64,000 bases of DNA from Candidatus Heimdallarchaeota archaeon (GTDB taxonomy: Archaea; Asgardarchaeota; Heimdallarchaeia; Heimdallarchaeales; Heimdallarchaeaceae): positions 280,976 to 344,975 of the forward strand of contig JAUVXV010000004.1 of assembly GCA_030603365.1 (NCBI GenBank), read 5' to 3'. The notes under the pieces are model-generated. The model did no database searches, was not told the DNA's origin, and was given only the letters and a program-made list of their open reading frames with translations. Positions 1 through 10,621 of the stretch are shown piece after piece. The position numbers were made by a program, and so were the translations under genes. The first letter of the stretch is position 1. The number at the start of each line of letters is the position of its first letter.

Positions 1-99
1 CCAATATTCCAAGCAATATCTCTAACTATCTTAGCAGTTGTAATATTACTACTAGGATTTTGGCCAGACCTTATTCTACAACCAATAATTGGAATTTAA
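1..99 (+). CDS. 3' end (partial) of a probable proton-conducting antiporter-like membrane subunit (NuoM/N/MrpD-like)
   Basis: Frame 1 reads PIFQAISLTILAVVILLLGFWPDLILQPIIGI*. The final TM helix with a G-x-x-P-x-x-L ending is typical of antiporter-like subunits. Followed by a T-rich tract; lies next to hydrogenase genes. Confidence 0.55.
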   Translation, partial: PIFQAISLTILAVVILLLGFWPDLILQPIIGI

Positions 100-210
100 T
101 CATTCCAACCTTTTCTTTTTCTTTTTCTTTTCTTGTTAAACACAGAAATATAAAATGCACATCAGAGATTTTTTCAATAGATTTTTTAAGCAGTCAAATT
201 CTTTACATGT

Positions 211-579
211 ATGATCTTGGAGATAATTGATGGGGTATTTGTTATCTGCGCAGGAATAATCACTGCTATGTTGTGGGTTGTTGTGTTAGTAAAGAAATTA
301 GAACACAAATTCATAGAAAAGAAATTTGAAAGGGTTTTTCATATTGCAGCAGAATTTCTGATGTCTTCTATAGCAATTATTGCAGGAATTATATTGCTGT
401 TAAAGCATTTCTTAGGTGTGCCATTGTTTTATCTTGCTATGGGATTAATTCTTTATGCATTAGTTAATGCTATTGGAATATATTGGGAGAAAAGATACAG
501 GTTACTGGTCTTAATACTAATAATATCTACTTTGATTACCATAGTGCTAATAGCTGTCTCTCTTGCTTTACTAGTTTAA
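211..579 (+). CDS. Hypothetical 4-TM membrane protein
   Basis: 122 aa with four hydrophobic segments; FHIAAE motif. Confidence 0.7.
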   Translation: MILEIIDGVFVICAGIITAMLWVVVLVKKLEHKFIEKKFERVFHIAAEFLMSSIAIIAGIILLLKHFLGVPLFYLAMGLILYALVNAIGIYWEKRYRLLVLILIISTLITIVLIAVSLALLV

Positions 580-632
580 CATGAAACATAGAAACAAAAA
601 TAGAATAAACAAAAAATAAAAAGAAAAGGAAA

Positions 633-1115
633 TTATTCCTCTTGAGGAATTTCTTTCTTCTCTACACCAATAAGATCTTCTTTTAATTTTCCTAGAAGTG
701 TAGCTATTGCATGAACAATATTCTCTGGTCTTGGTGGGCATCCATATACCCAAGCATCAATTGGGAGAACATGATCAATACCACCTAAAACAAATGGACA
801 TTCTTGGAATACACCGCCTGATGTACAACAATTGCCAACTGCTACCACAAATTTTGGTAAGGGCATCTGCTCATATACTCGTTTTACTCGTTCTGCTACT
901 TGAACAGTAACTGGACCAGTGATAACTAGAACATCTGCTTGTCTTGGAGTTCCTCTAAGAGTTATACCATATTGCTCAAGATCATGCCGGGGAGTTAAAG
1001 CATCAACAATTTCAATGTCACAACCATTACATCCTCCAGCATTCATGTGAATAATCCATGGGGATTTTAATGCACAGAATACACCAAATTTCTTTAGCCA
1101 ACCCATTTTAATCAA
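633..1115 (-). CDS. Group 4 [NiFe]-hydrogenase small subunit (NuoB/EchC-like)
   Basis: GGCNGCDIE, PRQADVLVITGPVT, GNC and GCPPRP motifs. Confidence 0.93.
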   Translation of the reverse strand: MIKMGWLKKFGVFCALKSPWIIHMNAGGCNGCDIEIVDALTPRHDLEQYGITLRGTPRQADVLVITGPVTVQVAERVKRVYEQMPLPKFVVAVGNCCTSGGVFQECPFVLGGIDHVLPIDAWVYGCPPRPENIVHAIATLLGKLKEDLIGVEKKEIPQEE

Positions 1116-1585
1116 CCTCTAAACTCCTCTATTTCTTTAATCTTCTTGCCACCTTCTTCAATAAGTTCCTGCAATTTCTTGTCAGCAGTATCTCCTTTGT
1201 AACTACCTTTGGCAACTAACATATCATAGTCTTGTCGAACATTGAAGGAGAATAGTGAATTGGATAAGCTGGGTTCTCTGTCTATGTGGATAGCATCCTT
1301 TGGACAGTATGTTTGGCAATGACCGCACCACATACATTGAGGACGTAGAATCCAAATCATTCCATTATCTTTGTTTTCTTTATCCATCCCTAAACAGTGT
1401 GAAGGGCAGACATTGACACATGTTCCACACATGATACATCTATCCTCGATAATAGCGGGGATAGTTCTGATATCTTCAGGAGGAGGATTCTCTGCAATTC
1501 TCTTAAGAACATGTTTTGTTACAGGTCCTTTAGCTTGATTTTTGAGAGCTTCTCCACCCATTACTAATACTTTCTTCATCTTCAT
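1112..1585 (-). CDS. 2x[4Fe-4S] ferredoxin-like hydrogenase subunit (NuoI/EchF-like)
   Basis: CIMCGTCVNVCP and CMWCGHCQTYCP. Confidence 0.9.
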   Translation of the reverse strand: MKMKKVLVMGGEALKNQAKGPVTKHVLKRIAENPPPEDIRTIPAIIEDRCIMCGTCVNVCPSHCLGMDKENKDNGMIWILRPQCMWCGHCQTYCPKDAIHIDREPSLSNSLFSFNVRQDYDMLVAKGSYKGDTADKKLQELIEEGGKKIKEIEEFRG

Positions 1586-1591
1586 TTCACC

Positions 1592-2845
1592 TCAGAAAAA
1601 TGGCCGATTATACTTCTTAGCTTTGATAGCTTTACGAGCAAATTCGTCCTGATTTAGTATCATTTTTTCACCAGTATTTTCGTTAATTAACATAACCCTA
1701 TTTGTACAAGAGAAACAAGGGTCATAGCTTCGTAGAATAACTGGCATATCAGCAATATATTCTCCATCCATTCTCTTTAAAGTCGCATCAATGTTTCCTA
1801 ACGATGGTGCTCTTATTTTATATCTATCTGGCTTATCAGTACCATTTGCAATTGCATAATGGACATCTTCTCCTCTTGGAGCTTCTGCTCTAGCCATATA
1901 TGTTCCTTCTGGAATTCTTTGTTTAACTCTTACAAGTAGCTCTCCTTGTGTAGATTCTAGTTGATCTAAAATCTGTTTGCACATTTGCAATGATTCTAGT
2001 GTTTCATCAACTCTTACAAGTGTAGTTGCTAATACATCCCCTTCAGGATAACAAACTAAATTCCAGTCTATTTTATCATATAGCTCATAGGGAGTTGATT
2101 TTCGAACATCGAAAGGTAATCCAGAAGCTCTTGCTGTTGGGCCATTAGGTGTTGTTTTCTTGGCTTCATCCTTTGTTAATACACCAACATCTTTCAAACG
2201 ATTTGTAATTGAAGCTTCTTCAACGAATACTTTTCTATGATATTGTACTTTCTTTATTAATTCATCAAGAAGAGGTCTAGCCCAGTCAGCTTTCTCTTTA
2301 GGAATATCTCTTTTTACTCCACCTGGAAGCATTAAAGCAGGATTAACTCTGTTGCCACTCAATTTCTCTACAATATCCATTATTATCTCACGATCTCTCC
2401 ATGAGATGTGCAGCAATGTATCGAATCCAGCATCATGTGCAAGAATTCCATACCAAAGAATATGGGAATGAATACGTTCTGCTTCACAACTGAACATACG
2501 AATCAACCTTGCTCTTTCAGAAATCTGATCTTCAACACCAGCTAACCTATCCACAACACGCACATACACGTTTTGATGAACAGCACTGCAAATTCCACAA
2601 GCTCTGGGTATTAACATGGTGTTTTGTCTCCATGTTCTGTTTTCCATAGCTTTTTCAATACCTCTCAAATTGAACCCAATTCGTATATCAGCTTCAACTA
2701 CCCTTTCACCTTTAAGATGAATGATAAAGTGTGCTGGTTCTTCACACCAAGGGTGTTGGGGTCCTATAAAGATATGATGATCAGCATCTTCAGGGCCATC
2801 ACTACCATCTGTTAGTGTTCTAAATCTTGATCTGTATTCAGTCAT
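1592..2845 (-). CDS. Group 4 [NiFe]-hydrogenase large subunit (NuoD/EchE/HycE-like)
   Basis: GPQHP, RACGIC (L1) and DPCFSCTNR (L2), followed by a C-terminal extension that is probably cleaved. Confidence 0.95.
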   Translation of the reverse strand: MTEYRSRFRTLTDGSDGPEDADHHIFIGPQHPWCEEPAHFIIHLKGERVVEADIRIGFNLRGIEKAMENRTWRQNTMLIPRACGICSAVHQNVYVRVVDRLAGVEDQISERARLIRMFSCEAERIHSHILWYGILAHDAGFDTLLHISWRDREIIMDIVEKLSGNRVNPALMLPGGVKRDIPKEKADWARPLLDELIKKVQYHRKVFVEEASITNRLKDVGVLTKDEAKKTTPNGPTARASGLPFDVRKSTPYELYDKIDWNLVCYPEGDVLATTLVRVDETLESLQMCKQILDQLESTQGELLVRVKQRIPEGTYMARAEAPRGEDVHYAIANGTDKPDRYKIRAPSLGNIDATLKRMDGEYIADMPVILRSYDPCFSCTNRVMLINENTGEKMILNQDEFARKAIKAKKYNRPFF

Positions 2846-2846
2846 T

Positions 2847-3368
2847 TTATTTCTCCTCCAAACTCTCTTTGGCTATTTTCATGGTTATCTCTTTAATTTG
2901 TTCCCATGAATATTCTTTGCGCATTGGTTTGACATCATCTGGCCATTTTTCAGGTAGAATTATTCTCTGAAGGAATGGATGATTCTCGAAGTAAACTCCA
3001 TAGAAATCATAGATCTCTCTTTCATAGTAGTCAGCTGCAACAAAAAAGTCCACCATACTTGGAGACTTTGGATTTTTCTTATCAACTTTTGTAATAATGA
3101 AGTTTATTGGAACTTCTCTAAACTCCTCCTCTATTCTATGTTGAATATGGTAACAAATGTTGAATCCGTCTTCCTTTTCAAAACCACTTACGGTTGAAAG
3201 GTGATAAATACCGGCCTCTTCATGAAGAATTTTCATAAGGTTATAGGCATTTTTTGTGTTAACCAAGAGGTCAAAATGACCCTCTTCAACCTTAACTGTT
3301 TCTTCAACAAGATTTTCTGGTAAAGTTACGTTTAAAATACTTTCTAGTTCTTTGAGTTCATCACTCAT
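2847..3368 (-). CDS. NuoC/EchD-like 30-kDa subunit
   Basis: YYEREIYDFYGVYFENHP and PMRK motifs. Confidence 0.9.
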   Translation of the reverse strand: MSDELKELESILNVTLPENLVEETVKVEEGHFDLLVNTKNAYNLMKILHEEAGIYHLSTVSGFEKEDGFNICYHIQHRIEEEFREVPINFIITKVDKKNPKSPSMVDFFVAADYYEREIYDFYGVYFENHPFLQRIILPEKWPDDVKPMRKEYSWEQIKEITMKIAKESLEEK

Positions 3369-3484
3369 AAGAAGTCCTCACATAGCATTTTATTTAATCT
3401 TTATACAGTAATAAAAAAAGGTTGTGCTGTATAGATGTGAATTTTATAGAAGAATAGTTGTTTATATTACTCTTTACTGAAGTA

Positions 3485-4168
3485 TTAATTCTTGATAAAA
3501 ATATAATCATTGCCTTTGAATTTTTCTGGAATTTCTTGCAAATGCCATCCCCTAACCTGTAACGCTAAGAAATTACCTATCATCCAAGGTGTTATACTAC
3601 TGTCTCCATATCTGAAATTCTCTTCAGAAATCCAAGTGCCCTCCTTCTCCTTCAGTTCCAACCATTGATTAATAGAAAGAAAACGACCTGTGTATCTAAC
3701 GCCATAAGATCTCTCTAGTAATTCGGGGATTGACCTAATTAACGTTTGAGCTATCTCTACATTGTCTATATCTTGGCACTCAGCTATAGCATTCAGCACA
3801 GCAGTTTTTGTATTAAAATTGTCTGAAATTCTAGGTTTGGCAGGAGTAAAATACTCAAACGATGGATTGATTGCATTCTCTTCACAAAGAAAAACCCTTT
3901 CAGTGATTATTCTAAACTTATAGCCTCTAGTAGCAAGAGAAAGAAGGTAAGCTATATCTATATTGTTTAGTTTATATTTCCTTCTAAGAAGTTTTATTCC
4001 ATCAACAACCCCTACTTTGCTTTTTGCATCTCCCATACACTCATGGTCATCCAAAACATCAGGAATTGAACGCTTTAAATTAGTTAAGAAATACTGGTTT
4101 GGTTTATTAGAAAAGTCTATGAAATTTCTTAAAATTTGCGCATTAGCATCCTTTTCTCTGAGTACCAT
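3485..4168 (-). CDS. Hypothetical protein with an internal two-fold repeat
   Basis: 227-aa ORF; the halves share LxRSIP(D/E)(V/L)L and (I/M)xxxLxLxxRG(Y/W) blocks. Confidence 0.65.
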   Translation of the reverse strand: MVLREKDANAQILRNFIDFSNKPNQYFLTNLKRSIPDVLDDHECMGDAKSKVGVVDGIKLLRRKYKLNNIDIAYLLSLATRGYKFRIITERVFLCEENAINPSFEYFTPAKPRISDNFNTKTAVLNAIAECQDIDNVEIAQTLIRSIPELLERSYGVRYTGRFLSINQWLELKEKEGTWISEENFRYGDSSITPWMIGNFLALQVRGWHLQEIPEKFKGNDYIFIKN

Positions 4169-4245
4169 TCTGATATTATTTACTAGAATTAATCTATTTA
4201 ACTTATTCGATATTTCTCGATAAAATAAAAGAAAACTAAAGAGAT

Positions 4246-4467
4246 TTATGAACTCAGAATCTCATCCCATAGTTTCAAATCTTCTTTTGCTTGTTCTGGG
4301 TCTAATTTAGAGATAATAAAACCTGTATGAACTAGAACATAGTCCCCTACTTCCAAAGGTTCTTCCAGTAATGAAGTGTCTGCTTCTCTTCTGACACCAG
4401 TAATGTCCACCATGACTCTTTTCTTACTTACAATTTCACAAATTAAACCTGGAATTGCTAAACACAT
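4246..4467 (-). CDS. hypC: Hydrogenase maturation chaperone HypC
   Basis: True start MCLAIPG at 4467; VGDYVLVHTGF motif. Confidence 0.95.
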   Translation of the reverse strand: MCLAIPGLICEIVSKKRVMVDITGVRREADTSLLEEPLEVGDYVLVHTGFIISKLDPEQAKEDLKLWDEILSS

Positions 4468-4520
4468 GTTGTTCACATCTACTTTTCTTATTAGATAATT
4501 AACTCTTTTTATTCGGCAAA

Positions 4521-5624
4521 TTATTCTTCCCACATTATCTCTTCGTATGTAGCTGCTACATTACAAGTTCCTTCATGACTAACCATACATGCACCAATTG
4601 GGTGATCAGGTCTACATGCTTTTTTAAAGAGCTTGCATTGGTGTGGTTTGGATTTACCAATTAGAATTTCATCACAGATGCAACCACCTTGGAGATCTGT
4701 AGATGGTAATTCCGGAATATTGTACTTCTTCTTTGCGTCAATGTAACTATACTTTGCACTAATTTCATGACCAGTATCCGGCCATACGCCTAATCCCCTC
4801 CATCTTGCCTCTGAAACTTGGTAAGCTTCCTCTAAAGTTCTAAGAGCTGCAACATTTCCTTCATATTTTACATATCGTTTGTAATCATTATCAACGCGTG
4901 CTGTGCCTTCTTTGATTTGCTTTAATAGCGAATAGATACCCATTAGTATATCTACGGGTTCAAAACCAGCAATAGATACTGGAAAGTTGTATTTTTCTGC
5001 AATAAAGCCATAGGGCTTAGCTCCAATAATTGTAGAAACATGTCCTGGGGCAAGAAAACCTTGGAACTCTAAATCATCACGTTGAACCAATAATTCCATC
5101 GCTGGAGGGACAAGCTTGTGAGAAGAATAGATGCTGAAATTTGGTAATTTAGTTCGAATAACTTCTGCAGCTGTTACACAAGATGTAGTTTCAAATCCAA
5201 CACTGAAGAAAAGAAAATCTCTATCCGGTGTTTGTTCAGCTAGTTTTAATGCATCAGACACACTATAAACAACACGAACATCCACACCTCTTCCTTGAGC
5301 TTGATAGAGTGACTCTTTTGAACCTGGGACGCGCATCATATCACCAAAAGTGGTGATAATAACATTATGATTATCAGCAACCCAAAGAACTTCATCTACA
5401 TCTCGGGCAGAACTCACGCACACTGGACAGCCAGGACCTGCAATCAAATCAATCTCTTTCGGTAACAACGAACGTAATCCAGCTTTTACTAAATCATGTT
5501 CATGAGTTCCACAAACATGCATAATACGTATTTTTTCACCTATTTCTTCTGTTAACTGTGTAATTTTTTTAATCAGAGCATCAACTATTTTTTTATCTCT
5601 GTATTTTTGTGTAGGTTCTGACAT
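4521..5624 (-). CDS. hypD: Hydrogenase maturation protein HypD
   Basis: VCGTH, GPGCPVC, GFETT, PGHVS, GACMVSHEGTC. Confidence 0.97.
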   Translation of the reverse strand: MSEPTQKYRDKKIVDALIKKITQLTEEIGEKIRIMHVCGTHEHDLVKAGLRSLLPKEIDLIAGPGCPVCVSSARDVDEVLWVADNHNVIITTFGDMMRVPGSKESLYQAQGRGVDVRVVYSVSDALKLAEQTPDRDFLFFSVGFETTSCVTAAEVIRTKLPNFSIYSSHKLVPPAMELLVQRDDLEFQGFLAPGHVSTIIGAKPYGFIAEKYNFPVSIAGFEPVDILMGIYSLLKQIKEGTARVDNDYKRYVKYEGNVAALRTLEEAYQVSEARWRGLGVWPDTGHEISAKYSYIDAKKKYNIPELPSTDLQGGCICDEILIGKSKPHQCKLFKKACRPDHPIGACMVSHEGTCNVAATYEEIMWEE

Positions 5625-5831
5625 TTAAATGACACCTTAATGCTCTTTGAGGATGCACAAATAGTATAAATAAATAACTTCTTCTCTTGGACAAAATGTC
5701 CTTTACATATACAATAAATTTCTAATAGAATTGAAATTCTTCTGAAAATGATTTATTTTTAGATATTATCTCATCTAGCAATTCTTCTGAAAAGCATTTC
5801 ATTAGTTTTAAATAATATTTAATGAAGGGTA

Positions 5832-6386
5832 GTGCATATGAAGATTCTTGTAACTTACTTCAGTCAAACAGGAAACACAAAGAAAATTGCAGAAGCAATT
5901 CATGAAACTATATCACAAAATCATGATTCATTTTTAAAAGATTTTAATGAAATAACTATAGATGAGTTGGACCTTTATGATCTAGTTTTTCTAGGGTCTG
6001 CTTGTCATCATGCTAATCTAGCACCACCAGTTCTGAAGTTTATTGAAAATATACCTAAATCACCAAAATTCAAACTTGCTGGTTTTGTAACACACTCTAC
6101 ATATCCTCCTGAAGGTTCAGAAAGACATGCTGAAATGTTCGAGCAATGGGGGAGTAAATGCGCTAAAACCTATGAACGACTTCAGAATGAGAAAGGCATA
6201 GATTACAAAGGTTACTTCCGATGCATGGGGATACCTTCGAAACCAATTGAACAATTCATAAATAAACAAATCATTCCTGATGAGGATGAATGGGCTGAAT
6301 ACATAGATGTAATTGTTAAACATCTTGATGAATCAGATATAGAAAATGCGAAAAAGTTTGCAAAAGAAGTTCTTGACAAATGCTAG
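5832..6386 (+). CDS. Flavodoxin-family protein
   Basis: YFSQTGNTKKIAEAI FMN-phosphate loop. Confidence 0.85.
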   Translation: MHMKILVTYFSQTGNTKKIAEAIHETISQNHDSFLKDFNEITIDELDLYDLVFLGSACHHANLAPPVLKFIENIPKSPKFKLAGFVTHSTYPPEGSERHAEMFEQWGSKCAKTYERLQNEKGIDYKGYFRCMGIPSKPIEQFINKQIIPDEDEWAEYIDVIVKHLDESDIENAKKFAKEVLDKC

Positions 6387-6536
6387 ATTACTCAATAAAA
6401 CTTTTCATGATTATAAACAGTTTATTATTTCCTTGGCACCTTAAAGGATGAATCGTAAATAGTTTATAGATTACTTTGTATACGTTTATTAATGTGAAAA
6501 TGTATTTTTATTTTTGAGATTAAAAGGTTTATATCA

Positions 6537-7043
6537 ATGAAATTAAAGGATTATCTTCTAGTAACAATAACTTGGATATCTATATTGATACAGATTATTC
6601 TAACATTTGTTCTATGGGATAACTACTATGATATTTATGGTTTGGTTATCGTGGGATACATTTTTTGGTGCTTATCAATTGTTTTTGGTGTTTTACCAAT
6701 CATCTCATTTCGAAGGAAGGGGAGAGTTCCAAAAAAAACTAGCTATATACATACTACTCAAATGGTTGATACTGGAATATATGCAATTGTTAGACATCCG
6801 CAATTTCTTGCTGGAATCCTGTGGAGTATTGCTTTAGCGCTAATCTCACAGCATTGGGTTGTCGATGTTTTGCTAATTCCTGTTATAATTACTACATATT
6901 TTGATACCCTTGAAGCAAATAAAAAACTTATTGAAAAGTTTGGAGAGGATTATATCGAATATATGAAGAGAGTACCAAATCTAAATGCACTTTGGGGAAT
7001 TATTCTGTTGTTTTATCAGAAGATTAAAAGAATAAAAAACTGA
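6537..7043 (+). CDS. Isoprenylcysteine carboxylmethyltransferase/PEMT family membrane protein
   Basis: TGIYAIVRHPQ and KFGEDYIEYMKRVP motifs. Confidence 0.85.
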   Translation: MKLKDYLLVTITWISILIQIILTFVLWDNYYDIYGLVIVGYIFWCLSIVFGVLPIISFRRKGRVPKKTSYIHTTQMVDTGIYAIVRHPQFLAGILWSIALALISQHWVVDVLLIPVIITTYFDTLEANKKLIEKFGEDYIEYMKRVPNLNALWGIILLFYQKIKRIKN

Positions 7044-7066
7044 ATAATTGAAAAGAATAGACCATT

Positions 7067-8064
7067 CTATTTCAGAAACTCTTTAGGAATATATATAGCA
7101 AACTTACATTCCAGAGCACCAGTAAGAGGTGTTTCTAGAGGTTTAACCTTAACTGATTGATCAAAGATTATATCCCAGTATTGTTTAAAGAATCCTGCAC
7201 TGCAATTACAGAAGTTGGATGAGATATCTTTTTCTTCTCCTTTTTTAATGGCCCCTCGTACCCATGCACAGTAGCAGCTAAAGTATCTTTTCATTTTTCT
7301 ATCTTCAGCACTTAGAAATTTTTCCATCTGATAAGGTATTTTTGTGACTATGATTTTGTTCCCTTCTCTTATTCCTGGAGTTATAGTTTTACTATTCTTT
7401 ACATAATTGATAACTTCAGCATTGATATATTGAGCATATTCTAATGTTCCTTCTTTTGCATGTTTTTCAAGTCTCTCAACAAATTCTTGTTTCTTTATTT
7501 TCAGAAATTCATCTATATCATTTATGTTCAAGAAATCTTCTCTGTCTTTTTTGATGGGTTCAATTGGACGACCATGCAAACAAGGAGCTAATAACTCAAT
7601 TGTTTTTTCTTCTCCTATTGCTTCTTCAAGTCTTTTCATTACTATCTTAGTTACTTCTGGCTTATTATCTGGATTTGAACCTAAAGGAGGAATAACTATA
7701 TTTTCAAAAATTCTCTCACGAATGTCTTCACCATGTTTTTCTGCAATTCGGACAGAGAGATTATCCATAGCATTATAGGCTTCCACAATATCAATTAGTT
7801 CAACTACAAAATCATACTTTTTTACAAAATTAGCATAGTTAAACAAGGCACGAATAAAATCTAAAACTGTTCTTGATCTTCATTAACAAGATGTTGTGTA
7901 TAATCTAAGATTATTCCTTTTGGTATTGAATTTAGTTTTAAATTCTTTTTTTCAAGAAATTTTCTGAATTCATCTAAACTTGTTGAGAAGATAAGAACTT
8001 GGTCTTTTTGTATGCCTTTCTGTTTGAGATGCTTTTCAAATGTTTCATCAATCAAGATTATCAC
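7067..8064 (-). pseudogene. Cys-rich DUF6144-like protein split by a frameshift near 7870 (pseudogene or assembly indel)
   Basis: The 3' ORF has CYCAWVR and FCNCSAGF. Its frame extends upstream as TVLDFIRALFNY and overlaps the end of ORF 7861-8064; adding one base at GAA^CA joins them. Confidence 0.6.
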
Positions 8065-8189
8065 ATTTTGACTTTTTTTTCAAATGAGGTTATTTGCTTG
8101 ATTCTTGTTTCTTAGACAGTTATATATTCTCTGTCTAGATATTAAAATAGAAATAGAAAATGAAAACAAGACCGAGTTGGTCTTCTTTC

Positions 8190-8949
8190 TTATTTTCTTT
8201 TGCTCTTGAACTTAGCTTTTGATACAATAAATCCTAGAACAAATATTCCTGATAAAACACCAATTGTTGATATTGGTAGCCCTGTTGTATCAGTATTGTC
8301 GTCTGGTAACTCGCATTCATTGTCGAATTCATCGACCCAGCCAGAATTGGGGGCTATGTCTTCTAGTGTACTTAATGTGCTTGCTCTGGCCACTCCTTGA
8401 ACAACATAACCTGTTCCAAGTGGTTGTTCTCTGTAAATTGCACCATTTATATCGAAAGTTATATTATAATCTGAAACAACTGCAATATCCAAATCTGGGA
8501 TTACATCTTCCCAACTGTTGCCATCCCAGTAAAATGTTCCTTCTACTTTGTCACTTCCATCAGATGTGAGATAATAGCGATATGCTAGGATATAAGAAGT
8601 ATTTAGCCATTGATCACCATTCCATCTACAATCGAAATGAGCTCTATATTCGAATACTTCTTCACTCCAATTTGTTGTATCTGGATAAGTATCATGCATA
8701 CTTGTGTCAATCAAGATGTTGTAATGTCTCCAAATGTTTGCTCCACTATCATTGAAATATGGATTTTCGTTCAAAGTAATCGTTAAAGATGTTTTAGAGA
8801 TTGATAGTTTTGTGATATCAAAATAGGTTGCAGAAGCATCTCCAACGGTATCATTTTCCCAACCAGCATAAATTGAATTTGTATTAATTATTGTTACAAA
8901 CAATAACACTATTGTTAAAATGGAAATAATAATACTTCGTCTTCTTATA
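8190..8949 (-). CDS. Secreted/surface protein with signal peptide and C-terminal membrane anchor; probable ATA start
   Basis: The frame stays open upstream of GTG 8909 as IRRRSIIISILTIV, completing a signal peptide. C-terminal TM helix plus KAKFKSKRK. Confidence 0.7.
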
Positions 8950-9005
8950 CTATAATATCAATTTAATTTGTTAAAAACCTAACTTAAATTGCAAGTTAAT
9001 ACTTC

Positions 9006-9557
9006 TTACACAGTTGTATCGCTTTTCTTTGTATTGGTTAGGTTTATTCTTTCAACAAGTAATTCTGCAAATTCATCTCCCGCTTCCTTACATTCTCTTG
9101 ATAAAGGAATTTGGAAAAACAGTTGTTTAGGTTGAATACCTACATACAACGTTACCAAATCTGGAATTTCTGGTTTCAGAAATTCTTCTAACATTGTCAA
9201 AGATAATGAATGAGTGGACAAATGAAACCCACTAGAAACTGCTTCTTTTGGGAATATTCCAATTGCTCCTGGAATTTCTTTCATATCTGCTGCATCTAAT
9301 AAAATAATACGATTTGGACCAAATTTTCTTATTTTTCCAAGAAAATGTTCAGGTACTTTTTCACAATAAAAATTAGTAACCCATTCTGGTAGATTTTCTT
9401 CTTGAAGGATTTTGAGAATATACAAACCTACTGCATCATCACCGTTATCTTCATTTCCAATGCCTAGAATTGCCAGTTTGTTTGCATTAACTAAAAAATC
9501 ATCTATTGCTTTGATGAACTCTTCTGTAAAAGGTTCCTTAGCCTCTTTACTATTCAT
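9006..9557 (-). CDS. hycI: Hydrogenase maturation protease (HycI-like)
   Basis: GIGNEDNGDDAVG, DAAD, STHSLSL, GIQP. Confidence 0.9.
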   Translation of the reverse strand: MNSKEAKEPFTEEFIKAIDDFLVNANKLAILGIGNEDNGDDAVGLYILKILQEENLPEWVTNFYCEKVPEHFLGKIRKFGPNRIILLDAADMKEIPGAIGIFPKEAVSSGFHLSTHSLSLTMLEEFLKPEIPDLVTLYVGIQPKQLFFQIPLSRECKEAGDEFAELLVERINLTNTKKSDTTV

Positions 9558-9621
9558 TGGTTGAAAATTAATAGTCTCTTGATAAGTTCTTCTTTTGAAG
9601 TAAAAATAAGGATATAATAGT

Positions 9622-10500
9622 TTAGTTTTTAATATCCTTTAGAAACTCAAGAACAACTTTGCTACACTCTTCCGGAAAGAACAGCCACACATGTGCATGC
9701 TTCCCTCCTTTGATGTGAACAATCTTACTTTCAGAGAGTAAAGATCTGAAGTATTTCAGTGCATTTCTGAATTTTTCGTTTTTCCAATTTTCTTCCCTTG
9801 GAAGAAAAAGTACAGGAATTTTGATGCTTTGATAGTATTCTTCAAATTTTGTTGTCCAATAATTCTGCATATAACTTTCACTTACCCAAAGAGGTACTGT
9901 TCCAGTATACTTCCCTTCAGGGGTTTTGTATATCTCATACTCTGCCATTGTCTTGACATGTTCATTCCAAAAACCACGGGGTTCATACGTGTCCTTTAGT
10001 TTTTTAAGTAATTCCTCTGGCGAATCATAAAAAACTTGAGATGCTCTAATTCTCTCAAGCATTTGCTCACTTTCTTTCTTCTTATCTTCTTCTGAAGGAT
10101 TACTTAATCCATAGTGACCATAAACATTGTTCATTGCGCTGCCTTCAACAACCACAGAAAGCACTTTATCAGCATATCTTGCTGCAATACTTACAGATAG
10201 TTCAGCACCAAGAGAACTCCCAACAAAGTGGGCATGATTTATACCAAGTTTCTCCATTAGTACAATAATATCATCTGCCATTTCATCAATATGATAGTTT
10301 GTTTTTGGTTTATCTGAAAGACCATGACCTCGGTAATCGATTAATATTAACCTGTATTTATCTTTGAAATAAGGTATTACTCCATTCCACATTGCAAGCG
10401 ATGAAAACCCAAAGTGCAAGAAAATAACGGTCTCTTTTTCACAAGGATATTCGTTATAATGTATTTTTATTTTATTAACTTCTATATACTTATCAATCAT
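9622..10500 (-). CDS. Alpha/beta hydrolase
   Basis: FLHFG, DYRGHGLS, GSSLGA nucleophile elbow, C-terminal His. Confidence 0.9.
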   Translation of the reverse strand: MIDKYIEVNKIKIHYNEYPCEKETVIFLHFGFSSLAMWNGVIPYFKDKYRLILIDYRGHGLSDKPKTNYHIDEMADDIIVLMEKLGINHAHFVGSSLGAELSVSIAARYADKVLSVVVEGSAMNNVYGHYGLSNPSEEDKKKESEQMLERIRASQVFYDSPEELLKKLKDTYEPRGFWNEHVKTMAEYEIYKTPEGKYTGTVPLWVSESYMQNYWTTKFEEYYQSIKIPVLFLPREENWKNEKFRNALKYFRSLLSESKIVHIKGGKHAHVWLFFPEECSKVVLEFLKDIKN

Positions 10501-10621
10501 ACTGAGTCTCCTCTTTGTTTTTTACTAAGCAAAATTTCACAAATTTACTCTGTTATATATCTGCAGTTTAAATGACCTAAAATAGCAATGTTTAAAATAG
10601 TCTGACTCCTTTTTGCAATTA

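Noticed and set aside
7861-7863. Pyrrolysine/amber readthrough joining the two ORFs
   Set aside because: The downstream ORF is in a different frame, so this is a frameshift rather than readthrough.
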